From assembly GCA_964012805.1 (NCBI GenBank), contig CAXGUD010000009.1, forward strand, positions 32,001 through 96,000: a DNA stretch of 64,000 nucleotides, given 5' to 3'. This document shows, one piece after another, positions 1 to 9,808 of this stretch. This DNA comes from an uncultured Bacteriovoracaceae bacterium. GTDB lineage: Bacteria > Bdellovibrionota > Bacteriovoracia > Bacteriovoracales > Bacteriovoracaceae. Position 1 is the first letter of the stretch. The number at the start of each line of letters is the position of its first letter. Position numbers and translations under genes: made by a program. Below the pieces are notes generated by a model that did no database searches, was not told the origin of the DNA, and worked only from the letters and a program-made list of their open reading frames with translations.

Positions 1-1095
1 GCCGCTAGCTTCGATAATAGAGCTCAAATCCTTTAGAGTTACCCCATGCCCTGAAATTGCAGTTTTCACGACATAAATACCATGGCCAGTTCCTATTTCC
101 ATTTTTTCTGTTTCTGGTCTTACATCACGTTCTTCTAACTCTTCTTTTTTAATTCCAACATACTTCTTCAAAATTAAGTTTTGGGAATCAGCGATCCCAA
201 AAGTTTCAATTAATGAGTTAACTGAACTGCCACCCACAGGAAAAATTTTTAAACCTAAAGAGTAAGCATTCGTAATTTGTGGAAAAGAGTTTTGAGCGTC
301 CATTGCAAAAGAAATTAACCCAAAAGCCTCAATAGTATTATTTTCTGGAAAAAAATTAAACCAAAGAGAACTGGTGGATGAAGCAATTCCTGTTAAAGAA
401 TTATTTTCCTCAACTAGCGCTTTAACATTAGATAAACTCGTTTTCCAGCGGCATGAAAAGCCAAATAAGTTATTAGCAAAACCTAAACTTATTTCTATTT
501 TATCAGGCCTTTTTGCTTCATGATCATAAATCCATCTTATGAGTGACTTTAAAGCGATACTTACCTTAACTTTGTGAAGCATTAGCTTTTTAACTTTTTT
601 AAGAAATTCTTTAAAAAGTTGTTCTAGATCAAATGAGAGTGTCTCTAGACCCGTTATATTATTATGGGCCAAAACTTCTGTTTGTTGAGGAAAGAAAGAG
701 TGTAAACCTCTATCTACACTATCTCCCATTAAATTTACCATGGCTTCAAGAATTAAACTTCCCCTATCGCTAGGTATACTTAAACTAGGAAATGTGTAAT
801 TAGGGGCATCAAGCTTTTTATTAAAATAAACAATTCTAACCCTTCCAGAATTCAAAGCATCAAGAAAGTCTCCGGGAAGACTATCGGGAGCAGTTAGGGC
901 CCAAACAGATGGAATGATTACAGTTGAAACACCATTACTGACAAGGTTGGAGATCTCTTTAACCCAATTACCCTGGTGAGCATTCCACTCAACTATCTCT
1001 ACATCTTCAATAGTCTCTAGAAGCAAATTAAGGTCTTGAAAACTAATTCCTTGACCTAAAACAGACCTTTTACTTACATAGATTGTATGGTTCAT
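1..1095 (-). CDS. Hypothetical protein, runs off the window edge (>=365 aa); not in the supplied ORF track
   Basis: Manual translation gives an open frame from ATG at 1095 (MNHTIYVSKRSVLGQG...) to position 1 with no stop; the ATG overlaps the TGA of the upstream gene (ATGA, 1092-1095). Confidence 0.85.
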   Translation of the reverse strand, partial: MNHTIYVSKRSVLGQGISFQDLNLLLETIEDVEIVEWNAHQGNWVKEISNLVSNGVSTVIIPSVWALTAPDSLPGDFLDALNSGRVRIVYFNKKLDAPNYTFPSLSIPSDRGSLILEAMVNLMGDSVDRGLHSFFPQQTEVLAHNNITGLETLSFDLEQLFKEFLKKVKKLMLHKVKVSIALKSLIRWIYDHEAKRPDKIEISLGFANNLFGFSCRWKTSLSNVKALVEENNSLTGIASSTSSLWFNFFPENNTIEAFGLISFAMDAQNSFPQITNAYSLGLKIFPVGGSSVNSLIETFGIADSQNLILKKYVGIKKEELEERDVRPETEKMEIGTGHGIYVVKTAISGHGVTLKDLSSIIEASG

Positions 1096-4000
1096 TCTTT
1101 TCCCTCTAAATCAACCTTTTTTGAAAAACTCTCAACAGCTTTAACACCCTCCTGAAACTCTTTTTCAGAGACTGATAAAACAAAACGGCAATAATCAGGT
1201 ATACCTGTCCATTCACTACCATTTATAAGGATACCTGTAGAGAAAAAGAATGCCTCGTAAAAATTTTGTGAATTTAAAATATAATTTTTTTCTTCGGAAA
1301 AGTGACTAGAATTAACTGTTATTTTCTTCCCAAAATAACTTCTTGGAGCAGCCACTAAAAAAAGGCCTCCTTCCGCAGGAAGCACATCCCAGCGGGCTTC
1401 CTTAAGCTTTTTAGTTAAAAACAAAGCTCGATTTCTTAGAAGAGATCTTTGCTCGGCCAGAAATGTTACAAGTGAGGGATGTGAATCATTAAACTTCTTT
1501 ATAATCTTCTTCACTGCGTAAAGTGTAGCGAAATGAGGCTCAAATGAATTCATTTCGCTTAAGTTTTTGGCAATTTCTGAATGAGAACAAAGGGCATAAC
1601 CAAAACGTAACCCACCAGCTGCGAAAAGCTTTGAAACACCTCCAAGCATTACCCATTCAAAATCATCATTAAGAACTTTTCCAATTTTTGTCATTTTAAT
1701 TGTAGAATCAAACTCTAAACCATTAAAAACATGGTCCAAAATAAGCCTTGCTTGATGGGACTTGATGACTTCAATAAGCTCAATAATCTCCTCTTCTCTA
1801 TAAAGGGCTCCAGTTGGGTTTACTACTGGAAAGTTTAAAAATACGTATGCTCCTTTTTTATTTTCTAAGGCCTTATTAAGAGCTGATGGGGTAAATTTAA
1901 ATGAATCCTTCTCTTCGGTTGAAAAAGTAGAAGCATCCGCTCCCACAAATCCTGCACAAGCGACAAATTCTCCATAGGCACCCTGTGGAAAAATTATAGG
2001 ATATTTCTCTATTGCACAAATTTTACTCAGGGAGTGAAAAAGTGGCGCAATACCATTGCCATAAATAAATGATTTTTTGTGCAGTTCTCCTCTAGTGAAG
2101 CCAAAAGACTTTTCAAACATTCTTTTTAGATCTTCATCAGGTTCATAATCTTGTTTGTTTAAAGAAAATGGATTTCTTAAAAAGCCTTCAAACAAATCAA
2201 TTCTTAAATCCTTCGGAATAGGAAAACTATTTTCTCCATAGTCAAGCCTTACTGTCTTATCATCACGAGGCAATCTCTCTCTCGCCATTGAAGGGTGCTC
2301 CATCATTTCAACAGCATCTACTGCCAAGGGCTTAAATTTTTTTTCAATATCGTTCGAAACACCTCTTTTAAGAGAAACTTCTTTTTTTTGTCCATCCTCT
2401 AAAAGTCTAAAACTTAATAGTTCATCGAGAAGAACTTCATAATAAAACTGGGTTAAAATTGGTGTTCGACTATAAGATAATTCTGCGGCTGAATTCAACT
2501 GCTGTACTAAAGGAGCGTTTCCAATTAGGGAAAAACAAAGCCTTAAATTTTCATAAACCCTATTTTTAAATAAGTCGCAATTTATAATCACATGATCTGG
2601 CAAAGACTTTTCTCTTAAATAGGAAAGGATTGCATTCTTTTGTGGCTGACTTGAAATATCAAAATAATCAGACATATCCAGGATAAGGCGTGTAGAATTT
2701 TCTTTCGTTACATTAAAAATTCTTTCAACATTTTCTTCCAACTCATTTTCAAAAGTATTAAAAAAACAAACAAGTAAATCTGGTTTTAATTTTTCAACTA
2801 AGTCTTCAATCAACTTTACTCTTCTCGGGCAAGCGAACGACTCTACTTCCCAGGGGTAAAACTCACTCATTCTTTTTAGTTGTGGATCTTGATCAAAAAG
2901 AACTTCATCTATAAGAACTAATTTGGGCCTGTAAAGGAGAAGAATATTATTTATACACTCGTGCCTCGATGGAGAAATTAAAATTTGATCTTGATTGACA
3001 GGCAAATGATAATAAGAAGTCAGAAAGCGCGACAGTTTCATTCTCAATTCAGATCGGCCTTGAGTTTTCTCATAGGGGAGAAGTGAAGGTGATCTTAATA
3101 CTTCAGATAGTTCAGATAAAAAGTTTACTCTTTCCTCAAAAATATCTTTCTCATTAGAGTAAAGGTCCATAAGCTGCTTTGCTTCTGAAAAAGAATCACT
3201 CTCTAAAAAGTTTAAAATGTTCTTCACTTCTCTTCTTTTGGGAAGATGGGCTTCATAAACACTTAACGAATGTGCTATTCTTCCACCATTTTTAGAAAAG
3301 ACCTCTGCTGTTTGGGCATTAATAGGCTCTCTTGCATCAAGACCCATAAAAAACTCAAACTTATGACCCGTCCTTTTTTCAATTTCTACAAGGACTTTAA
3401 TATCAGTATCTTCGGCTTGAAGAACCTTTGTTGACCATAGTTTATTTACTGTAAAACCTCTTCTCTTAAAGAGTTCTTCCAAAATAGCTGTCCCAGGTCT
3501 CCCTCCCAAATTCATTATAACAGACCCTCCTGCCTTGAGAACTTGTAGTGACTCCTCAAGTGCCGAGGCGATTAGCCCTAAACCGAACTCATCTTCAAGG
3601 TGACCTTTGATACTGCAATAATTACTTAAGTCGTAAAGCTGTTCATCGCTTGAATGCTCAGAAATATTTTGGATTAATTTTTCTGGATCAGGGCTTAAAA
3701 CCTGGGGAATACACCCAATAACCTTATCAAGAAATATTTCTTTTTCAATTATGAGAGAAAGAAGGTCACTTTCTTCAAAAAGGACACTCTCCCATAAATT
3801 TTTCCCTGAATAAGTTTTAGCTGCTTTACCATCTTGATCAAACGAATTAAAAGCTAAGTTTAGTTTTGCACAAATTATGGCCCTTGGGTTTATGTCCAAA
3901 CCATAAATAAAATCTAAGTCTGTATTTAAAGCAAGAGATAAACATATCCAGCCATTTCCACAACCCAATTCAGAAATTTTCTTCCCTGTAAAAGTCGAGT

Positions 4001-4319
4001 GCGGCAACCTGGATAAACCTTCATAAAAAGTAAATGACCACTCCTCAGGGGAAAAGATACTAGGGAATTGAATCAACCTAAGTTTATTTCTGTGACCTCC
4101 CAAAAGAATCGTTTTAAAATTAAAGTGATACTTCTCTAAAAAGATGTCTTTATCATTCTCTTTTTCATAGAATTCAAAAAGAAGATTAAGGCACTCGTAG
4201 GTGTTTTTAATTTCCTCTATCTCAGAAGATTCGAATAGAATTCCCTTAAAAGCTTCATAAGCTTTTTGACTGGATAATTCACACTCTTTAAGAAAATTTT
4301 CAATAGAAAAATGGGTCAT
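1092..4319 (-). CDS. mmt: Full-length plant-type methionine S-methyltransferase (class I SAM methyltransferase + PLP aminotransferase-fold region)
   Basis: PSIFSPEEWSFTFYEGL, ELGCGNGW, GLDINPRA, GCIPQVL, LSNYC, EDEFGLGLIA, NLGGRPG, QAEDTDI, FEFFMGL all match plant MMT motifs as I recall them; the C-terminal part has class I aminotransferase motifs (NPTG, ILDHVF, SKxxxxGGLRFG, YCRF); length is similar to plant MMT. Confidence 0.92.
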   Translation of the reverse strand: MTHFSIENFLKECELSSQKAYEAFKGILFESSEIEEIKNTYECLNLLFEFYEKENDKDIFLEKYHFNFKTILLGGHRNKLRLIQFPSIFSPEEWSFTFYEGLSRLPHSTFTGKKISELGCGNGWICLSLALNTDLDFIYGLDINPRAIICAKLNLAFNSFDQDGKAAKTYSGKNLWESVLFEESDLLSLIIEKEIFLDKVIGCIPQVLSPDPEKLIQNISEHSSDEQLYDLSNYCSIKGHLEDEFGLGLIASALEESLQVLKAGGSVIMNLGGRPGTAILEELFKRRGFTVNKLWSTKVLQAEDTDIKVLVEIEKRTGHKFEFFMGLDAREPINAQTAEVFSKNGGRIAHSLSVYEAHLPKRREVKNILNFLESDSFSEAKQLMDLYSNEKDIFEERVNFLSELSEVLRSPSLLPYEKTQGRSELRMKLSRFLTSYYHLPVNQDQILISPSRHECINNILLLYRPKLVLIDEVLFDQDPQLKRMSEFYPWEVESFACPRRVKLIEDLVEKLKPDLLVCFFNTFENELEENVERIFNVTKENSTRLILDMSDYFDISSQPQKNAILSYLREKSLPDHVIINCDLFKNRVYENLRLCFSLIGNAPLVQQLNSAAELSYSRTPILTQFYYEVLLDELLSFRLLEDGQKKEVSLKRGVSNDIEKKFKPLAVDAVEMMEHPSMARERLPRDDKTVRLDYGENSFPIPKDLRIDLFEGFLRNPFSLNKQDYEPDEDLKRMFEKSFGFTRGELHKKSFIYGNGIAPLFHSLSKICAIEKYPIIFPQGAYGEFVACAGFVGADASTFSTEEKDSFKFTPSALNKALENKKGAYVFLNFPVVNPTGALYREEEIIELIEVIKSHQARLILDHVFNGLEFDSTIKMTKIGKVLNDDFEWVMLGGVSKLFAAGGLRFGYALCSHSEIAKNLSEMNSFEPHFATLYAVKKIIKKFNDSHPSLVTFLAEQRSLLRNRALFLTKKLKEARWDVLPAEGGLFLVAAPRSYFGKKITVNSSHFSEEKNYILNSQNFYEAFFFSTGILINGSEWTGIPDYCRFVLSVSEKEFQEGVKAVESFSKKVDLEGKE

Positions 4320-4450
4320 GAAATCTTAATCCTTTTCATTCTAATATGCTCTCTTCAGGACAGAAAAAAATCAAGAAAAACCTAGGCTTACAATTTTTCA
4401 ATGGCAATTTAGTCAAGTTAAATATTGTGCTTGATTCATACTTTTTAGTT

Positions 4451-4477
4451 TCAGCAAACTACTAAAGAATCCGAATA
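4451..4477 (+). promoter_or_regulatory. Possible sigma28 (FliA)-type promoter
   Basis: TCAG-N15-TCCGAATA just upstream of the GGAG RBS and ATG 4496; two mismatch-bearing boxes, so weak. Confidence 0.35.
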
Positions 4478-4495
4478 TAACTCGGAGAGAACTGA

Positions 4496-5962
4496 ATGAT
4501 TGAATCACTACAAAAACTTTTCAAGTCAACTATAGGAAGAGCTCTTATTTTAAGGATTCTAGTTTTTAGTGGCCTTGTGACTCTTTTTATAAGTATTTAC
4601 CAAGTTTATGATGATTATTCGCATGCAATTTCATCAATTGAAAAAGAAATTGGTCAAATTAAAAAGGCTTACCAAAGCCCTTTAGCGCATAGTCTATGGA
4701 ACTTTAATACAAACCAAATTAAACAAATTATAAGTGGGCTTGCAAACTTTCCGTCAATTACCTTTATCGAGGTCACAGACAGTGCTGGAGATTTTCAGTT
4801 CTCAGCTGGGTCTAAGGAATCAAACATCCTGATTTTTGAATTTCCGCTTTTCTTCAGCTCCAAGTACAGCAAAAAACAAGAAGTTGGTTCAATCTACATT
4901 CAATCTTCTAAAAAACCTGTTTTAGAAAAAATTAGAAATAGAGTGTTAATAATATTATTTTCACAAGGTATTAAAACTTTTATTGTCTCTATATTTATTA
5001 TCATACTCATTAAGGTTAGTATCACAGACCATCTTCACGATATATCTGAGACCCTAAGTCAATTTAAAACAGGGGACATTAATACTTTCCAAAAAGACAA
5101 TAAATTTAGTGTCATTTCTCTTCAAAAGAAAACCCAGGATGATGAAATTGATATCGTTGTAGAAAAATTGAACATTTTCATAACTGAACTTTATAAGTCA
5201 ACGGCTGAAATCCATTCTCTTAACTTCAATCTCGAAAAACTAGTGGATTTAAAAACTAAGGAACTCAGATCGGCCCTTCTTCAAAATGAAAACCTAATTA
5301 GAGTTCTTATACATGACATCGGAAACCCATTGAGTGGAATAATTTTTTCAATTGATCGACTTACTAGACAATATACTTTAAAGGAGCCCATACAAGGGTC
5401 TAAGCTAAAACTAGCCCAGGAAAGCTGTGACAAGATTCTAGAAATCATTAACTTTGTCAAAGATATAAAGTCTTTAGAGTCTGGGAAAAAACAACTTACT
5501 CTTAGCAAAATTGACTTATTTCCCATTATTGAAAATATTAAAGAGAATTTTCACCACCAATTTAGAAATAAAAAGCTAGAACTTAAAACAATATATTCCA
5601 AAAAGCCTTTTTTTGTTATGGCCGAACGAATTAGCTTATCAAATAGCGTTCTATCCAACCTTGTTTCCAACGCTATCAAATTCTCTCACTTTGGATCAGT
5701 AATCACCATCGAGTGCTTTTTTATGGAAAATAAAGCTTTTGTAGCAATAAAAAACTTAAATGCAAAAATTCCACCCGAAATTTTGACCAACCTCTTCGAC
5801 TTTCATAAAGCGACAACAATTAAAGGCCTTGCAGGAGAAGAGGGTACAGGCTTCGGCCTTCCTATTGTAAAGATGTTTGCGCAATACAATAATGGCGATA
5901 TCACAGTAAGTTCAACAAAAGAGGAAACAGTCTTCACTCTAAGCCTTCAATTGGCCAAATAA
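4496..5962 (+). CDS. Membrane sensor histidine kinase (no adjacent response regulator)
   Basis: Two TM segments flanking a periplasmic domain; H-box LIHDIGNPL, N-box NLVSNAIKFS, G-box GTGFGLPIV. Confidence 0.9.
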   Translation: MIESLQKLFKSTIGRALILRILVFSGLVTLFISIYQVYDDYSHAISSIEKEIGQIKKAYQSPLAHSLWNFNTNQIKQIISGLANFPSITFIEVTDSAGDFQFSAGSKESNILIFEFPLFFSSKYSKKQEVGSIYIQSSKKPVLEKIRNRVLIILFSQGIKTFIVSIFIIILIKVSITDHLHDISETLSQFKTGDINTFQKDNKFSVISLQKKTQDDEIDIVVEKLNIFITELYKSTAEIHSLNFNLEKLVDLKTKELRSALLQNENLIRVLIHDIGNPLSGIIFSIDRLTRQYTLKEPIQGSKLKLAQESCDKILEIINFVKDIKSLESGKKQLTLSKIDLFPIIENIKENFHHQFRNKKLELKTIYSKKPFFVMAERISLSNSVLSNLVSNAIKFSHFGSVITIECFFMENKAFVAIKNLNAKIPPEILTNLFDFHKATTIKGLAGEEGTGFGLPIVKMFAQYNNGDITVSSTKEETVFTLSLQLAK

Positions 5963-5989
5963 AATTAGTCACTCAAAAGTTTCAAAGTC

Positions 5990-6694
5990 TTATTTCACTT
6001 TCGGACAGTTATCGTCTTTTCTCTTCTCTAAGTCCAAAACGACAGCTTTTTTAAATGGATGCCCTTCATCCAAAAGATAACTTAAGCTTTCTTTGTAATC
6101 TTTTATGTCACAAACCTCAATGTTCAAAAAAAGCGTTTTAAAAATCTTCGGAAAAAGTTGCCCAGGAGTTTGAACATGATGAAGGCCTCCACTATAAATA
6201 AAGCCAATTTTTCCTTCATCAAGCCTTCTTATAATATCTGAAACCCCGGCCCTCATAGACATTTCATTTCCATAAAAATCAAGACCTGTTTTCCTCATCA
6301 TTCTACCTTCAGGTGCTATAAGAATGATATCGTCGCTTTTCATTTGAGATAAAAAGTTATCCCAAGTGTGATCTCTCTTTCTTGAAATTGAAACCATCCT
6401 TGGAACTAAGTTTTTGTAAAACCATCCTACGATTGGCCTCTCAAGAGTTTTATCAGCTCCAGGAGCTAGAAATCTTGATGAACCAAGCCACAATAAATTA
6501 ACAGGCGCAACTCCTAAAAAAAGCGGTTCATAAAGACTCGTATGGTTTATAAGCATAATTAACTTTAATTTCGTCCAGTCCGGATCCTGATCACCAATAT
6601 ATTTTCCCTCAAACTTGTAAAATATCTGACTTATGAATTTTACGAAAAGAAGGATAAAAAATATTGAAAGCCGTTTAATTATTTTTAAAACCAC
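5990..6694 (-). CDS. Lysophospholipid acyltransferase (PlsC family)
   Basis: NHTSLYE (HX4D/E block I) and IAPEG (block III). Confidence 0.8.
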   Translation of the reverse strand: MVLKIIKRLSIFFILLFVKFISQIFYKFEGKYIGDQDPDWTKLKLIMLINHTSLYEPLFLGVAPVNLLWLGSSRFLAPGADKTLERPIVGWFYKNLVPRMVSISRKRDHTWDNFLSQMKSDDIILIAPEGRMMRKTGLDFYGNEMSMRAGVSDIIRRLDEGKIGFIYSGGLHHVQTPGQLFPKIFKTLFLNIEVCDIKDYKESLSYLLDEGHPFKKAVVLDLEKRKDDNCPKVK

Positions 6695-6848
6695 AACCTC
6701 TACCCCTTGCTACCGCTAAAACCAGGAACTGGAGAAGCCTAAGACTGTAAAACAACAAAAGCCCAAGTGCAAGAAACGCTTCACAATGTAGATAATCGAA
6801 TAGATCATTTAAAGAATACAATCTCATTTAAATTTAGGAGTTACAAAA

Positions 6849-7130
6849 TTGAAAACTTGGAAACTTATTGTGCATGGAAGGGTTCAAGCCGTTGGCTATA
6901 GACAAAGTGTCGTAAACTTTGTGAAGTCTTATTCTAACCCCATTTTCGGTTACGCGAAAAACCTGAGAGATGGAACGGTCGAGGTCTTGGCAACTGGAGA
7001 AGAAAAGTCTCTAGAGGATCTTGTCAGATCTTGTTACAAAGGGAGTATTATTTCAAAAGTCACAACTATCGATGTTTACAAAGACGCAGAAAACAAAAAC
7101 CATTTGGATGACTTTAGGATAGAGTACTAA
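6849..7130 (+). CDS. acyP: Acylphosphatase
   Basis: VHGRVQAVGYR, GYAKNLRDGTVEV; AGGAG RBS before the TTG start. Confidence 0.93.
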   Translation: MKTWKLIVHGRVQAVGYRQSVVNFVKSYSNPIFGYAKNLRDGTVEVLATGEEKSLEDLVRSCYKGSIISKVTTIDVYKDAENKNHLDDFRIEY

Positions 7131-7157
7131 CAACACGCAAAATAGGATAAGAATCAG

Positions 7158-7382
7158 TTACTCTTTTTCATGCACGCTATCAAGGTCTCTGTTTAAACAG
7201 GGGTCTGCTCCACACTCCAAAAGTGAAATGAGAGAGTCTGTAGCGTCATGAACCATAGCTTTTTGAACTGGGCGTAGCCCACATGGAAGCACCTCATCTG
7301 GATCTCTACCATGATTTAGGAAGTGCTCCACACCTCTTACCTCATCTCTTTTGAGAAAATACTCAAACAAATCAACAATCAT
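7158..7382 (-). CDS. Small ankyrin-repeat-like protein (~74 aa)
   Basis: FLNHGRDPD...PVQKAM...LLECGADP ankyrin pattern; start moved to ATG 7382 because GGAG precedes it. Confidence 0.65.
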   Translation of the reverse strand: MIVDLFEYFLKRDEVRGVEHFLNHGRDPDEVLPCGLRPVQKAMVHDATDSLISLLECGADPCLNRDLDSVHEKE

Positions 7383-7522
7383 AAAAAGTTGCTCCAATAA
7401 ACATCTATGACATGAAGTTTAAAGAATGTAATGAAAAGTATCTTAAAAGAAAAGTTTTTTCTCTTGAGCCTTGGGTAAAAATACTTTCTGTTTATTTTCT
7501 TAAACTAAAGTAAATCACCTCC

Positions 7523-8644
7523 TCAATCTTCAAGGTTTAAATAATAGTTCACTAATTCATCATGAGATTTAAAGCAAGGAGCCGTAGCTCCATCTAAAGG
7601 GTAACGCCCTTTAATAAGGTTTGCCTTTAGCCCCCTCAAAGAAATAATATCAGTCAATTTATCTCCAATCATAAGACTTTTCTCCAGGTGGACCCCATAC
7701 TTTTCAGCAGCACTTAACAACATTCCTGGATTTGGCTTTCTAAATAATGAGACCCCTTTTAAAAGTTCATCTTTTGCTTTGGGGTGAAAAGGACAAAAAA
7801 ACCATCCGTCAACCTCTGCACTTCTCTTTTTCATTTCTAAGTCCATCCACTTATGTAGAGAGACCACATTTTCTTCAGAGAAAAAGCCTCTTGCAACTCC
7901 AGATTGGTTAGTTACAACAAAAACCCACCACCCTTTTTCTTTAAACAGTTTAATAAGAGGGAAAACACCTTCAATAAAATGAACCTTATCCTTCGAACTT
8001 ATATACCCAAGGTCTTCATTTATGATCCCGTCCCTATCCAAAAACAAAGCCGGCTTCTTAGAGGTCTTTTTGATCAATTCATTAGTTTTTTTTGGTAGAG
8101 GAATACCTTCAACAAAACAACAGTCACTAAAAAAGGAATCTGTAAATAAAAACCTATCCGTTAATTGGCTGCTGGAAGAAGCAGCTTTTTTTAAGGTTTC
8201 AACCTTCATCCAAGCAATACCTATTTCTCTATAACAATCTTTATACCCAATACTCTGTTGATGAACCCTTTTTAATCCATCTTTTTGACCACCTACAAGC
8301 TCGTTATTTAAATCTAAAAAGCCTGGGTTGCTTCCATCATTTTGCTCGATGGAAAAACCTAATAATTCAATAGAGGATGTTCTGGACACATGGAGAAATA
8401 AGTCCAAATCATAAGAGAAAGCATTAGAAAAGACTTTTAAAGAAGGAAAGTCAAAACTACTAAAATCACTTTGGATTTTAGCAAGACAAAATGGTCCTTT
8501 TGCTTTCGAAGGTTCATAAAAAAATAAAAACTTCTCACTTGGATTACGGTTATCCAAAAATTCACAAAAGTCTTTGCTTGACTTGAAACTTAAAACTTCT
8601 TTATTTTTGCTCTCCAAACTCAAACTCCTTAAAAATTTGGCCAA
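7523..8644 (-). CDS. gmhB: D-glycero-D-manno-heptose-1,7-bisphosphate phosphatase (HAD IIIA) with ~190-aa N-terminal extension
   Basis: FLDRDGIIN, TNQSGVARG, CPFHP, RKPNPGML, IGDKLTD in the C-terminal half. Confidence 0.85.
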   Translation of the reverse strand: MAKFLRSLSLESKNKEVLSFKSSKDFCEFLDNRNPSEKFLFFYEPSKAKGPFCLAKIQSDFSSFDFPSLKVFSNAFSYDLDLFLHVSRTSSIELLGFSIEQNDGSNPGFLDLNNELVGGQKDGLKRVHQQSIGYKDCYREIGIAWMKVETLKKAASSSSQLTDRFLFTDSFFSDCCFVEGIPLPKKTNELIKKTSKKPALFLDRDGIINEDLGYISSKDKVHFIEGVFPLIKLFKEKGWWVFVVTNQSGVARGFFSEENVVSLHKWMDLEMKKRSAEVDGWFFCPFHPKAKDELLKGVSLFRKPNPGMLLSAAEKYGVHLEKSLMIGDKLTDIISLRGLKANLIKGRYPLDGATAPCFKSHDELVNYYLNLED

Positions 8645-8648
8645 ATTT

Positions 8649-9695
8649 TTAACTCATTTTTTTTACCGAACAATTAACCTTCATGGCCGGGACAGTAAAT
8701 ATGTTCATAGGTTTTACCCTTATCTGAAGGACAAAGCTTTTTAACCTTATTTCAAAAGAACTTAAACCCTTCTTAAGTTTTTCAATTGTAATATTTTCTA
8801 GTTCTTGAGAGATTTTTTGATTCGTTACAATATCAATTTCCTTCAACTGATACCTTTCTTTTTCACCCTTTAAGCACTTTTCTCCATGATAGCAGGTTAT
8901 TTGAATTATATTTTCAAGACCCATTCCCAACAAAGGAAAAAGGGCCTTTTTAAACTTCTCTTTATCTTTTTTAAAAAACACTATAAACGCGTTATAAAAC
9001 TCTTGGATTACTCTATGATAATGTCCCTGAACTAAAACGAGGTCATCCTTAGACAACTGACCTGGAAGAGAGCTTTTTCCCGCTTCTTCCCACTCTTCAC
9101 CAAATTTTCCTTCAAAAGTGAGGCCTACCTTGTCGTAAAGCTGATAGCTCATCTCTAAAAAGCTTTGCTCAACAAATTGAGAGACTTTTTGCTGTAAATT
9201 TGAAGCTTCTTGGAACTCCGAAAAGTATTTTCCAATGAAGCTCCTAACACCACCGCTTTTAGTATTTACAAAAGCTTTCGTCTTACATAGCTTCAAGCTC
9301 AATAAATGTTCTTTTCCCTCATCAGTTATGGCCAATAGGTCTGCTTCCTTTAATCGGTCCCTTCTTTTAAACTCTGGACACTTTCCCACCACAAAAATTT
9401 GATGGATATTTTTCGGGAGTATAGAAAAAGATTCTTCAGCAGTTTCTCGAGCAAGTATTGGGAGGCGTTTAACAAGCTCTGGGTCATACTCTCTGAGGTA
9501 TTTCTCATAAGTAATGAGTTGAGACCTTAAAGGACCCCCAAACCCCTTCAAAAACTGAGATTCCCTAAGATACTTCCTCGACAACCAGGAACCGACCAGA
9601 AATTCAAATAAATTTCCTTTAAATTCATTGATCGCTGCTTCCTTTTGACTCAAGGTTGCTTTGCCTACCCCTGAAAAATTTAAAGGCCTTTTCAC
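8649..9695 (-). CDS. Hypothetical protein, possible PD-(D/E)xK restriction-endonuclease-like fold
   Basis: 348-aa ORF; pattern NEFKGNLFE...EADLL...LSLK. The ORF is solid, the function is tentative. Confidence 0.55.
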   Translation of the reverse strand: MKRPLNFSGVGKATLSQKEAAINEFKGNLFEFLVGSWLSRKYLRESQFLKGFGGPLRSQLITYEKYLREYDPELVKRLPILARETAEESFSILPKNIHQIFVVGKCPEFKRRDRLKEADLLAITDEGKEHLLSLKLCKTKAFVNTKSGGVRSFIGKYFSEFQEASNLQQKVSQFVEQSFLEMSYQLYDKVGLTFEGKFGEEWEEAGKSSLPGQLSKDDLVLVQGHYHRVIQEFYNAFIVFFKKDKEKFKKALFPLLGMGLENIIQITCYHGEKCLKGEKERYQLKEIDIVTNQKISQELENITIEKLKKGLSSFEIRLKSFVLQIRVKPMNIFTVPAMKVNCSVKKMS

Positions 9696-9808
9696 TTTTT
9701 GGACCTCATCTGAAAAAAGATGTTTTCAATGCCTCAACCCTGTTTTAGACTACGCGGGATTGAATTTCCAGAGATTGGGCATCATATAGAGGCCCAAAGG
9801 ACAAGGTA

